From NCBI GenBank assembly GCA_041675165.1, contig JBAYUI010000001.1, positions 6,901-70,900 on the forward strand: 64,000 bases of DNA. Reading direction: 5' to 3'. Below the pieces are notes generated by a model. The model ran no database searches. It was not told the DNA's origin and was given only the letters and a program-made list of their open reading frames with translations. Source of the stretch: Parcubacteria group bacterium (GTDB lineage Bacteria > Patescibacteriota > Minisyncoccia > Moranbacterales > UBA2206). A program made the position numbers and the translations under genes. This document shows positions 28,463 through 37,234 of the stretch, in pieces. Within the stretch, counting starts at the first letter, position 1; each line of letters begins with the position of its first letter.

Positions 28463-29295
28463 ATCAAATAGACGAGAAGGAGAAAAGAATATTAAAGATG
28501 AATGAAGCTCCCAGTCAGAGTGCTAAAGGAAAAAAAACTTCCGAGTTTTTTCCTGAGTTTGAACATCATTCTCAAAAAGATATTGTAGTCGGTGTCAAGG
28601 ACATTGAGAAAACTTTTGTCTTGGGCACTAATAAGGTGGATATTTTGAAAGGGGTCAACTTCGAAATAAAAAGAGGGGAATTTGTGATGCTAATGGGTCC
28701 TTCCGGTTGCGGAAAATCGACTTTGCTCCACATCGTTTATGGATTGGAAGCTCCGACCAATGGGACGATCTTTGTTGAAGATGAAGATATCTGGGCGCAC
28801 AGCAAGAATTGGCGAGCTTATTTCCGCAATCAATACATCGGTTTTATCCCGCAACAAGCCTTTTGGATAAAGTCGCTTTCAGTCATTGAAAATGTGGCGG
28901 TGCCGGGATTCATCGGCGGTCGGGGTTATCGCGAATCCATCGAAAGAGCGTATAAGACCTTGGAAATTGTCGGAATGAAAGACTGGGCACATTATCGGCC
29001 GTTTGACTTGTCCGGAGGACAGCAGCAGAAAGTAGCTTTTGCCCGTTCACTCCTTCTTAATCCTAAATTCATCATCGCGGATGAACCGACGGGGAACCTT
29101 GACCAGAAATCCGGCGTACAGCTGATGGACCTCATTAAAGAGTTCAACGAATCATTGAATATCACTGTCCTTATGGTGACGCATAATCCTGATCAGATCA
29201 GTTATGCATCGAGAATAGTCAGGATGGTGGACGGAAAAATATTATCAGACACGACTGATAAAGAACAAATTAATATAATCAAAAATGAAGCTTAA
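28447..29295 (+). CDS. ABC transporter ATP-binding protein (LolD/MacB-like)
   Basis: GPSGCGKST, LSGGQQQKV, ADEPTGNLD and VTHN motifs. Confidence 0.92.
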   Translation: MDKTIDQIDEKEKRILKMNEAPSQSAKGKKTSEFFPEFEHHSQKDIVVGVKDIEKTFVLGTNKVDILKGVNFEIKRGEFVMLMGPSGCGKSTLLHIVYGLEAPTNGTIFVEDEDIWAHSKNWRAYFRNQYIGFIPQQAFWIKSLSVIENVAVPGFIGGRGYRESIERAYKTLEIVGMKDWAHYRPFDLSGGQQQKVAFARSLLLNPKFIIADEPTGNLDQKSGVQLMDLIKEFNESLNITVLMVTHNPDQISYASRIVRMVDGKILSDTTDKEQINIIKNEA

Positions 29296-30613
29296 CTTTT
29301 TTTTAAGAAAGAAAGATGTTTCCTTGGAAAGCGAAGAGGATTATGAAAAGAAACATCATAAAGCCTCCAATCGGCCGAAGGAAACTTGGAAAGAGAAACA
29401 TACGGGTATCAGTTTTTCGATGATTTCCTATATCAGTTGGAAGAACTTGAAGGTCGGGCGGGCCAGATCCATCCTGACTATCGGTGGGGTGGCTTTAGGC
29501 ATCGGGATAATCACTTTCCTTTTGAGCATCGGATTCGGTATGCAGCAAATGATCGTCTCGGAAGTCACCAAAGATAATCCGATAGATGTCATAGATATAA
29601 ATAATGGCAATCTGGACAATTTCGTTTCTTTGAACGAGGATGTGGTCGGCAAGATAAAAAATATTGACGGAGTGAAAAAGATCGAGAGGCGGGTGAATAC
29701 GGGAGGCAAGATAATCCTAGGCGAATCTCAGACGGATGTGATCATTTATGGAGCGACAGTCGAATATCTGGATATGCTTAGGGTCAAATATCAGGATAAC
29801 GGAGGAAATTTTTCCAACGATGGGGATTCGGCTCTGATTTCAGACAGGCTGGCTAATCTTTTGGGCTTTGGCAATCCATATGAGGCTATCGGCAAAAAAA
29901 TCGTATATAATATCGCGTTGTCCAAGGACGTGAGTTCTAAGTTGGATACGGAGAAAGTGACTGAGAATAATGAAATAACCATCTCTGGTATCGTCAATAA
30001 ATCTGACAATACCTATATATATTTGCCATCCAAAATGTTAGAAGATAAATTCGGAGTAGATAGCGCCCAAGAGGGGAAGGTGGTCGTCTCCGATATGACC
30101 AAATTTGACAATGTGAAACAGCAGCTGGAACAAATGGGTTTCGTGACCAGCAGTATCGCGGAACTCATCGCCGGTATTAACAGTTTTTTCAGCACCGTGC
30201 GGATCTTCCTAGTGATTTTCGGGGTGATCATTATGTCGATTTCAGCGATGGGAATGCTTAATACTTTGAGTGTTTCTCTTTTGCAGCGGACCAAAGAAGT
30301 CGGAATTATGAAAGCTTTGGGCACGAAGCGGTTCGATGTTTTCAAAATGTTCATCTTGGAATCGATCATTATCAGTTTTGTCGGAGGCGTTTTGGGATTT
30401 TTCGGGGGCTATGGATTGGCACTTTTTGTGAATAAACTCTTGATAATTTTGGGCAAGAGGATGGGGACAGACCTAGGCTATTTCGTCTATGTCCCGACCG
30501 GTTTCATCTTGGCCATTGCCGGTTTCGTCCTGTTCCTGGGAATCATTACTGGGGTTATGCCGGCATTTCGCGCGTCCAAGATCCATGCCTTGGAGGCCCT
30601 TCGCTACGAATAG
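29285..30613 (+). CDS. ABC transporter permease (MacB/FtsX family)
   Basis: RSILTIGGVALGI, periplasmic domain, RTKEVGIMKALG and PAFRASKI..LEALRYE motifs. Confidence 0.92.
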   Translation: MKLNFFLRKKDVSLESEEDYEKKHHKASNRPKETWKEKHTGISFSMISYISWKNLKVGRARSILTIGGVALGIGIITFLLSIGFGMQQMIVSEVTKDNPIDVIDINNGNLDNFVSLNEDVVGKIKNIDGVKKIERRVNTGGKIILGESQTDVIIYGATVEYLDMLRVKYQDNGGNFSNDGDSALISDRLANLLGFGNPYEAIGKKIVYNIALSKDVSSKLDTEKVTENNEITISGIVNKSDNTYIYLPSKMLEDKFGVDSAQEGKVVVSDMTKFDNVKQQLEQMGFVTSSIAELIAGINSFFSTVRIFLVIFGVIIMSISAMGMLNTLSVSLLQRTKEVGIMKALGTKRFDVFKMFILESIIISFVGGVLGFFGGYGLALFVNKLLIILGKRMGTDLGYFVYVPTGFILAIAGFVLFLGIITGVMPAFRASKIHALEALRYE

Positions 30614-30645
30614 TTCTTAAGCAGTTAATAATTATTTTTTCAAAT

Positions 30646-31215
30646 ATGTTGTTCTTAAACGGATTTTTTCCAATGACCCATAAATTTTCCTATGCAGATC
30701 TGCCACAGACGGATGCATTTTTTTTGACAGTGGCCATCTTGGCAGTAATCGTCCCGCCATTCCTGATCTTTTTCTTGGCACCTGCCACGCGGCGAATCAA
30801 GAGTTTTTTTTATTGGATGACTATCTCACCGATTGCGAAATTAAGAAGCGTCAGAAAATATGATAATGATAGGTTTGAAGAATATGAGGAAGCAGAAGCT
30901 GAGGTGTTCAAAGCTAACCCGGGAAACTTTTTGACGCTGTACAGCGGATTGAATATGATACTAAGTCTAGTGGCAGAAAAAGCTATGCGGAAAAAGATCG
31001 AAGAAGGCACCAGCCATGAAGAGATTGTCAAGATGTTATTGAAAACGGGAGTTTTAACACCTGTTGGCGCTAAAAAATTAAGGTTCATAAGATGGGTGGA
31101 AGGTGTGGTGGTTTCCGGCGGAACTGGACTGATTTCGCGAAAGACGATGGAGCTGGCCATCGCGGTACTCTGGAAGACGCAAAAGGAGCTTAATAATTGG
31201 ATTTCCAATAATTAA
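30646..31215 (+). CDS. Hypothetical membrane-anchored protein
   Basis: Single TM near the N-terminus; the start may be 30673. Confidence 0.55.
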   Translation: MLFLNGFFPMTHKFSYADLPQTDAFFLTVAILAVIVPPFLIFFLAPATRRIKSFFYWMTISPIAKLRSVRKYDNDRFEEYEEAEAEVFKANPGNFLTLYSGLNMILSLVAEKAMRKKIEEGTSHEEIVKMLLKTGVLTPVGAKKLRFIRWVEGVVVSGGTGLISRKTMELAIAVLWKTQKELNNWISNN

Positions 31216-31374
31216 TCTTGGATAAAACTTAATTCAAAGATTATGAAAGATAAATTATTCTGCCTAGGCATCTCGGCTTTATCAGCTGCTTTGGTCTACG
31301 GCATCTATCTTTTGATAATAGCTTTGCGGGATAAGTTTTTTTGACCTGTTTTGAGGGTGTGCTAAAGTGGATTT

Positions 31375-31881
31375 ATGCAAAAAGAGCTTATTACAACAAC
31401 ATCGGCGCAGACCCAAGAGGCGGGGCGCTTGCTGGCCAAGGAATTTCAAGGGGGAGAAGTTATTTGTTTGTCCGGCGAACTGGGGGCGGGCAAAACGACC
31501 TTCACTCAAGGGCTTCTGGGGGGCTTGGGCCTCGAAGGTCCTTTCACCAGCCCGACTTTTTTGGTGATGAAAGAATACGAGATAAAATATCCAATATCCA
31601 ATATCCAATATCCAATAAAATACCAAAATGTCTATCATATAGATGCCTATCGGGTGGGAACGGAAGATATTTTAGCGCTCGGTTGGGAGGAGATGGTTGC
31701 CAATCCTGAAAATATTATTATAATAGAGTGGGCGGAGCGGGTAAAAGAAATTATTCCGAATAATGCTATTTGGATAAACTTTGAGTGGCTGGATGAAAAT
31801 AGGCGGAAAATAACACTGTCTAATGATCAATGTTCAATGATCAATTCTCAATCAATAATCAATACTTTAATGTTCAATTGA
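31375..31881 (+). CDS. tsaE: tRNA t6A biosynthesis ATPase TsaE
   Basis: GELGAGKTTF, SPTF, HIDAYR and IIEWA motifs. Contains a heptamer-repeat insert (31584-31630) and a repeat-derived C-terminus. Confidence 0.93.
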   Translation: MQKELITTTSAQTQEAGRLLAKEFQGGEVICLSGELGAGKTTFTQGLLGGLGLEGPFTSPTFLVMKEYEIKYPISNIQYPIKYQNVYHIDAYRVGTEDILALGWEEMVANPENIIIIEWAERVKEIIPNNAIWINFEWLDENRRKITLSNDQCSMINSQSIINTLMFN

Positions 31882-31936
31882 ATATTATGATATTGAAAAT
31901 TTATTGAATATTGATTATTGATAATTGAATATTAAA
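31820..31936. repeat. Inverted array of heptamer repeats (AATGATC/AATGTTC ... TATTGAA/TATTGAT)
   Basis: 7-bp periodicity with mirror complement; spans the tsaE stop codon. Confidence 0.7.
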
Positions 31937-31960
31937 AAACTAACTTTACAATAAAAGTTT

Positions 31961-32728
31961 ATGAAAAAAACATTGGGTGTATGCTTGGTAGTTGGTCTGG
32001 TGATAATTTTCAGCGCTTGTTCCCAAAAAGAAGAGGCTAACAAAACTCCGAATCCCGTGACTGATCCGGGCGGGTATGATAAGAGTATGCTGAACACTAA
32101 GGACAAAGCGGCGCAGGACGTGTCGGCAGCGACCGACCAAGAGAATGGCCGATTAAATGATACGCTAAATAATAATGACAATGCTATGAATGCAAGCGAA
32201 AATGGCTCTGGCGACAACTCGGAGCTAGTGAAAAAATATAACACGGCGATCATGAAAACCAGTCTGGGTGATATCGAATTGAAGCTGGATGCATCTAATG
32301 CGCCGGTGACTGTGGGCAATTTTTTGAAACTGGCCAGTTCGGGATTCTATGATGGTACCAAATTTCACCGAGTTATCAAGGATTTTATGATCCAAGGCGG
32401 TGACCCGTTGAGCAAAGATGATTCACAAAAAGCGAGTTGGGGAACAGGTGACCCGGGATATAAATTTAACGACGAACTTACTGGCAAAGAAACTTACACT
32501 CAGGGCACGCTGGCTATGGCCAATTCCGGCCCGAACACCAATGGTTCTCAATTTTTCATCGTGACCGCCAGTCCAAGTTATCCATTGCCGCCAAGCTATA
32601 CGGTCTTCGGTCATGTGACTAGCGGTTTGGATGTAGCCCTCAAGATTCAAGATGTTCAGACTGATCCTTCCAATAATCAACCGCTCGAAAATGTGACCAT
32701 TAACAGTATACAAGTGCTGGAAAAATAG
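31961..32728 (+). CDS. Cyclophilin-type peptidyl-prolyl isomerase, lipoprotein
   Basis: FHRVIKDFMIQGGDP and LAMANSGPNTNGSQFFI motifs; lipobox FSA-C. Confidence 0.93.
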   Translation: MKKTLGVCLVVGLVIIFSACSQKEEANKTPNPVTDPGGYDKSMLNTKDKAAQDVSAATDQENGRLNDTLNNNDNAMNASENGSGDNSELVKKYNTAIMKTSLGDIELKLDASNAPVTVGNFLKLASSGFYDGTKFHRVIKDFMIQGGDPLSKDDSQKASWGTGDPGYKFNDELTGKETYTQGTLAMANSGPNTNGSQFFIVTASPSYPLPPSYTVFGHVTSGLDVALKIQDVQTDPSNNQPLENVTINSIQVLEK

Positions 32729-32742
32729 GAAAAAATTTTCAA

Positions 32743-32779
32743 AAAACAGCTCCGACGTTATATCGGAGCTGTTTTTTTT
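32743..32779 (+). terminator. Intrinsic terminator
   Basis: AAAACAGCTCCGA/TCGGAGCTGTTTT stem with T-tract. Confidence 0.7.
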
Positions 32780-32826
32780 AGTTTGTTTGTAATATACTTG
32801 AGAGAGACTAAAAATAGACCAAAAAT

Positions 32827-35592
32827 ATGGAAAACAAAGCGAAAAAACTCATTCTTATTGATGGCAATGCCATTATTCACCGGGCTTATCATGCTTTGCC
32901 GCCGCTCATGACCAAGTCAGGCGAGCTGGTGAATGCGGTGTATGGTTTCACTTCCACGATGCTCTCGGTGATCGAAAAGTTCCAACCGGACTATATTATT
33001 GCCACTTTTGACTTGGCTGGACCGACTTTCCGGCATAAAGAATTCGCGGAATACAAGGCGCATCGCGTCAAAGCCGATCAGGAATTGTATGACCAGATTC
33101 CGCGCGTCAAAGAAGTGGTGCGGGCCATGGGCATTCCGATTTTGGAACTGGCCGGGTTTGAGGCGGATGATGTCATCGGGACACTGTCGCGCTTGGCTGA
33201 CTCGTCTAGAGAAAATCTCGAGACGATGATTGTGACGGGAGACTTGGACACTTTGCAGTTGGTGAGTGATAAGACGAGTGTGTACACGATGCGCCGAGGT
33301 CTGACTGATTCGGTGTTGTATGGCAAAGACGAAATTATGGCCCGCTATGGCCTAGTGCCGTCTCAACTCATCGATTATAAGGGTTTGCGTGGTGATCCGT
33401 CGGATAACATTCCGGGCGTGAAAGGCATCGGGGAAAAGACGGCCACGGAACTTTTGAAAAAATATGTCACCTTGGAAGGGGTGTATCAAAATATTGCGGA
33501 AATCAAGGGTGCGGTCAAGGATAAATTGGAGCGCGATAAGATGCAAGCAATCCAAAGCAAGCAATTGGCGACCATCGTGAGAAGCGTGCCGGTGGAGTTG
33601 GATTTATCGGCTGCCAAGACACATGAGTTTGATCGCGCGCAGTTGGTGAAGCTTTTTCAAGAGCTGACTTTTTTTTCGCTGATAAAACGGATCCCTGGAA
33701 ATAATAATGCAAATACGCGAATGTATGCGAATGACGCGAATATGCCAGTAGTAGATGATGTGAATGTGTCTGAAGGCGTCAACGATTTTAAATATGAATA
33801 TATTGCAGCGGATAAGGCTGAAGAATTTTTCCAGATGCTTGCTGAACAGAAAGAAGTGGCGTTCTGTTTGAAATCGCACGGTGGGAAAGGTTGGGAGAAA
33901 GAAATTTCGAGCGTGGCTTTTTCTTGGAAAACAGGCCGGGCTGTTTGTATCGCCTTCGGCGAGTTAAAAGGTAAAAAAGAAAAGTTTCCGCTAGAGGCGG
34001 ATCAGCCTTTGGCTGAAAAAGTTAAGAATATTTTTGAAAATAAGGATATCCAAAAAATCGGGTATGATTTGAAAAGTTCCATTGAAACTTTGGGAAAGTA
34101 TGGCATCGGATTGGCAGGTGGATTGTATGATGTGATGGTGGCGGCCTATGTCCTGGATCCTGGCGCTAAGACTGAGCTTGAGCGCTTGGTCCTCAAGGAA
34201 TTGGGCGAAGAGATTGCGCCGGAGGCCAAAAAGGGGCAGCTCGGACTCATGATCGAATCGCCGGAGGAAACATCAGGGGAAGTCTGTCGTGCGGCAGATT
34301 ATGTCTTTAAGCTTAAGCATAATTATGCAGGGAAAATTGCGGCCATCAGCGCGGAGCAAAATCCGACCCATAATTTGCAGACAGTTTTTTCAGATATTGA
34401 AATGCCGCTGGTGAAAATTTTGGCGGAGATGGAAGTGACTGGGGTGCGCTTGAACACAATTATATTCAAAGGCATTTCGGAAAAAATCACCGCTCGGATC
34501 GCTAGCTTGGAAAAAAGCATCTATGATGCTGCGGGCATGCAGTTCAATATCAACTCGCCCAAACAATTAGCCGAAGTGCTTTTTTCTACGATGAAGCTGC
34601 CGACTGTTGACATCAAAAAAGGCAAGACCGGCTATTCCACTGCTTCGTCCGAATTGCAAAAACTGAAAAGCGAGCATAAGATCATTGAGAAGATCGAAGA
34701 ATATCGGGAAATTTTCAAATTGAAAACGACTTACCTTGACGCCTTGCCGCTCTTGGTCGACCAGAATTCACGCATCCATTCGGCCTTCAATCAAACAGTC
34801 ACTGCCACGGGACGTCTGAGTTCCAGTGAACCCAATCTGCAAAACATTCCCATCAGAACTGATCTGGGGCAACTCTTGCGAGTGGCTTTCGAAGCGGAGA
34901 AAGGTTGGAAGTTGGTGGCGGCTGACTATTCACAGATCGATCTGCGGGTGGTGGCGCATGCTTCGCTCGACAAAAAAATGATCGAACTGTTTTGGGCCGG
35001 TGAAGACATCCACACAGCTACGGCGGCGGAAATCAATCAGGTGACCAAAAGCCAAGTGACGCAGAAAATGAGAAGTTCTGCCAAGGCTTTGAATTTCGGA
35101 ATCATTTACGGTATGAGTGTCTTCGGTTTTTCCGCCTCCGCCGGCATCGATCGTGATGAAGCTAAAAAATTCATCGATGCCTATTTTGCCAAGTTCACCG
35201 GTGTGGCCAATTATATGCGCACCACCAAAGAAGAAGCCAAAACCAAGGGTTACGTGGAAACGGAAATGGGCCGCCGCCGCTATGTCCCCGAAATCAACGC
35301 TCCCAATTTCCAAGTGGCCCAAGCGGGCGAGCGCATGGCCATTAATATGCCGATCCAAGGCATGTCGGCCGATATCGTGAAGCTGGCGATGATCAAGGTC
35401 TATGAGGCATATGAAAACAATCCTGACGTCAGAATGATCTTGCAAGTGCACGATGAAATCATTCTGGAAGTGAAAGAAGATTTGGCGGAAGAAGTGGGCA
35501 AGCGTGTGAAAGAAATTATGGAACAAGTTTACAAACTCAAAGTGCCATTGGTGGTGGATGTGAAGGTGGGGGATAATTGGGGAGAAGTGTAA
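32827..35592 (+). CDS. polA: DNA polymerase I
   Basis: 5'-3' exonuclease (LIDGN, EADDVIG, GDPSDNIPGV) and polymerase motifs (TGRLSS..PNLQNIP, DYSQIDLR, KALNFGIIYG, QVHDE). Confidence 0.97.
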   Translation: MENKAKKLILIDGNAIIHRAYHALPPLMTKSGELVNAVYGFTSTMLSVIEKFQPDYIIATFDLAGPTFRHKEFAEYKAHRVKADQELYDQIPRVKEVVRAMGIPILELAGFEADDVIGTLSRLADSSRENLETMIVTGDLDTLQLVSDKTSVYTMRRGLTDSVLYGKDEIMARYGLVPSQLIDYKGLRGDPSDNIPGVKGIGEKTATELLKKYVTLEGVYQNIAEIKGAVKDKLERDKMQAIQSKQLATIVRSVPVELDLSAAKTHEFDRAQLVKLFQELTFFSLIKRIPGNNNANTRMYANDANMPVVDDVNVSEGVNDFKYEYIAADKAEEFFQMLAEQKEVAFCLKSHGGKGWEKEISSVAFSWKTGRAVCIAFGELKGKKEKFPLEADQPLAEKVKNIFENKDIQKIGYDLKSSIETLGKYGIGLAGGLYDVMVAAYVLDPGAKTELERLVLKELGEEIAPEAKKGQLGLMIESPEETSGEVCRAADYVFKLKHNYAGKIAAISAEQNPTHNLQTVFSDIEMPLVKILAEMEVTGVRLNTIIFKGISEKITARIASLEKSIYDAAGMQFNINSPKQLAEVLFSTMKLPTVDIKKGKTGYSTASSELQKLKSEHKIIEKIEEYREIFKLKTTYLDALPLLVDQNSRIHSAFNQTVTATGRLSSSEPNLQNIPIRTDLGQLLRVAFEAEKGWKLVAADYSQIDLRVVAHASLDKKMIELFWAGEDIHTATAAEINQVTKSQVTQKMRSSAKALNFGIIYGMSVFGFSASAGIDRDEAKKFIDAYFAKFTGVANYMRTTKEEAKTKGYVETEMGRRRYVPEINAPNFQVAQAGERMAINMPIQGMSADIVKLAMIKVYEAYENNPDVRMILQVHDEIILEVKEDLAEEVGKRVKEIMEQVYKLKVPLVVDVKVGDNWGEV

Positions 35593-35619
35593 TCTTCTTT
35601 CCTAAAGCTCGGCTTTAGG

Positions 35620-35657
35620 AAAAATAAAACCCCAACGGAAACGCGATCCGTCGGGGG
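35620..35657 (-). terminator. Intrinsic terminator for the minus-strand orphan ORFs
   Basis: Minus strand CCCCGACGGA/TCCGTTGGGG followed by TTTTATTTT. Confidence 0.65.
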
Positions 35658-35666
35658 CAGGTTATG

Positions 35667-36017
35667 CTATCTAGGATATAACTCCTTGATTCTATCAGCT
35701 CCTTTATAGATTATATAAGGGATAGCTCCTCTATCGATTTCAAGCTCTTTGCTTAAAATATTATAAATAGCTATTTTATGCTCTTTTGTTTTTCCATTGG
35801 AGTAAAAATGGAAAGTTATACCTTCGTAAGTAATACTTATGAAAGTTATCCACTGGGGAAATTTCATGGATATGTTATTAATGCAGTGGTAGCAGTAGCA
35901 GATGATGTCTCCATGATCGGGAAAATTTTTGCTATAAGTACCCTTGGGTTCTCTGATTAACGATTTGCACTCAAAGCAGGTTTGGCCAATAATTTTTTTT
36001 GGTGAAATTTTTTCCAT
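35667..36017 (-). CDS. Orphan protein (116 aa) with a possible Zn-binding Cys motif
   Basis: SD AGGGAG before MEKISP; CFEC...CYCYHC. Confidence 0.6.
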   Translation of the reverse strand: MEKISPKKIIGQTCFECKSLIREPKGTYSKNFPDHGDIICYCYHCINNISMKFPQWITFISITYEGITFHFYSNGKTKEHKIAIYNILSKELEIDRGAIPYIIYKGADRIKELYPR

Positions 36018-36089
36018 AGTTATTCTCCCTTGCGTTGTTGGTTGAGAGCTAGTTGTGAATAGGATAGTATTCAATATTTATTGCATCAT

Positions 36090-36179
36090 TCAATTAATAT
36101 TGCCTTCTGGAATTATTTTGTAAAATCCAGGCAAGAATTCTTCCAAAGCAAAATCTTTGATAATTTCAGGTACTTTCAT
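36090..36179 (-). CDS. Orphan peptide (29 aa)
   Basis: GAGAGG SD then MKVPEIIKDF...; first ORF after the divergent promoter. Confidence 0.4.
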   Translation of the reverse strand: MKVPEIIKDFALEEFLPGFYKIIPEGNIN

Positions 36180-36246
36180 TTTAGCCTCTCTTGTTAGTTT
36201 TAGTGTGTGCTCGCAGCCTCTTTTTTTAAAAAACAAGTAATAAGAT

Positions 36247-36321
36247 AGTGTATGACATAGGAGAAATATTGTCAATAATTGTTCAACAAATGTTGACAAT
36301 ATATTAACAACAGTGTACGAT
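36247..36321. promoter_or_regulatory. Back-to-back sigma70 promoters with a palindrome
   Basis: Minus TTGACA-17-TACACT (36275-36247); plus TTGACA-17-TACGAT (36293-36321); ATTGTCAA...TTGACAAT dyad at 36268-36300. Confidence 0.7.
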
Positions 36322-36327
36322 AGGCAT

Positions 36328-37113
36328 ATGTTAGCCAGTAACACTCTCAAAAAATTGGGTCTAAATGAGAAAGAAACGCGAGTCTATCTGGCGCTACTTC
36401 GGCATGGACAAGCTAAACCGGCGGAACTGGCGAAACTCACTAAACTTAATCGGGCAACGCTTTATCATACTGCCAAAAGCTTGGTTTCATCCGGAATTAT
36501 TGCTGAAGACTTGAGTGGCAAGGCTTTGCAATATGTGATTTTGCCGATTGATAATATGAAAAATATTCTAGAATCAGACAAGAGAGAATTAAAAGAAAAA
36601 GAGAAGCTGGTCAAGCAGGCAGTGGGAGAATTGCAGATGATCAGTTCAGAAAAATCATATCCGGTGCCCAAAATTAGATTCATAGAAGAAAATGATTTGG
36701 AAAAATTCTTGTTCGATAATTTAGTGAAATGGCAAAAAGAGGTTATTGCATCTGATGGACACTGGTGGGGCTTTCAGGATCATACTTTTGTGGAAAATTA
36801 TCCTGCTTGGATTGAGAAGAGTTGGAAAACTAAAGAAAGCCAACGTGGAAACTATTCGCCGCAAATATTTACTAATGATTCAAAGACCGAGCGGAAATTG
36901 AAAGGAAAATATCAGCCGAAGCGGCAGGTGAAATTTTTAGCGGATACTAATTTCACGGCTACAACCTGGGTTTGTGGGGATTATCTAGTAATGATTTATA
37001 CTCGCCAGGTCCCATATTATATTATTGAAATTCACGATGAGATGATGGCGCTCAATATGCGCGAGATTTTTAGGAGGTTGTGGAGAAATCCGGTTGGACA
37101 AAAAGTTGATTAG
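36328..37113 (+). CDS. TrmB-family transcriptional regulator (copy 2)
   Basis: LKKLGLNEKETRVYLALL...LNRATLY...L.S.G wHTH; PKIRFIE. Confidence 0.85.
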   Translation: MLASNTLKKLGLNEKETRVYLALLRHGQAKPAELAKLTKLNRATLYHTAKSLVSSGIIAEDLSGKALQYVILPIDNMKNILESDKRELKEKEKLVKQAVGELQMISSEKSYPVPKIRFIEENDLEKFLFDNLVKWQKEVIASDGHWWGFQDHTFVENYPAWIEKSWKTKESQRGNYSPQIFTNDSKTERKLKGKYQPKRQVKFLADTNFTATTWVCGDYLVMIYTRQVPYYIIEIHDEMMALNMREIFRRLWRNPVGQKVD

Positions 37114-37234
37114 TTGAAATATAGATTAACAACTTGTATAATTCTCATGTAATAGGCAAAGGCATGGACGGGCTTAAATCGTAAAAACATGCTTTATATA
37201 AAGCAAAATCTAATGTAATAGTCATGTAATAATT

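Noticed and set aside
30614-30672. Possible sixth spacer copy before the orphan at 30646 (TGTTCTTAAA)
   Set aside because: Only a boxA-like word is present, with no double hairpin, SD block or adjacent TrmB.
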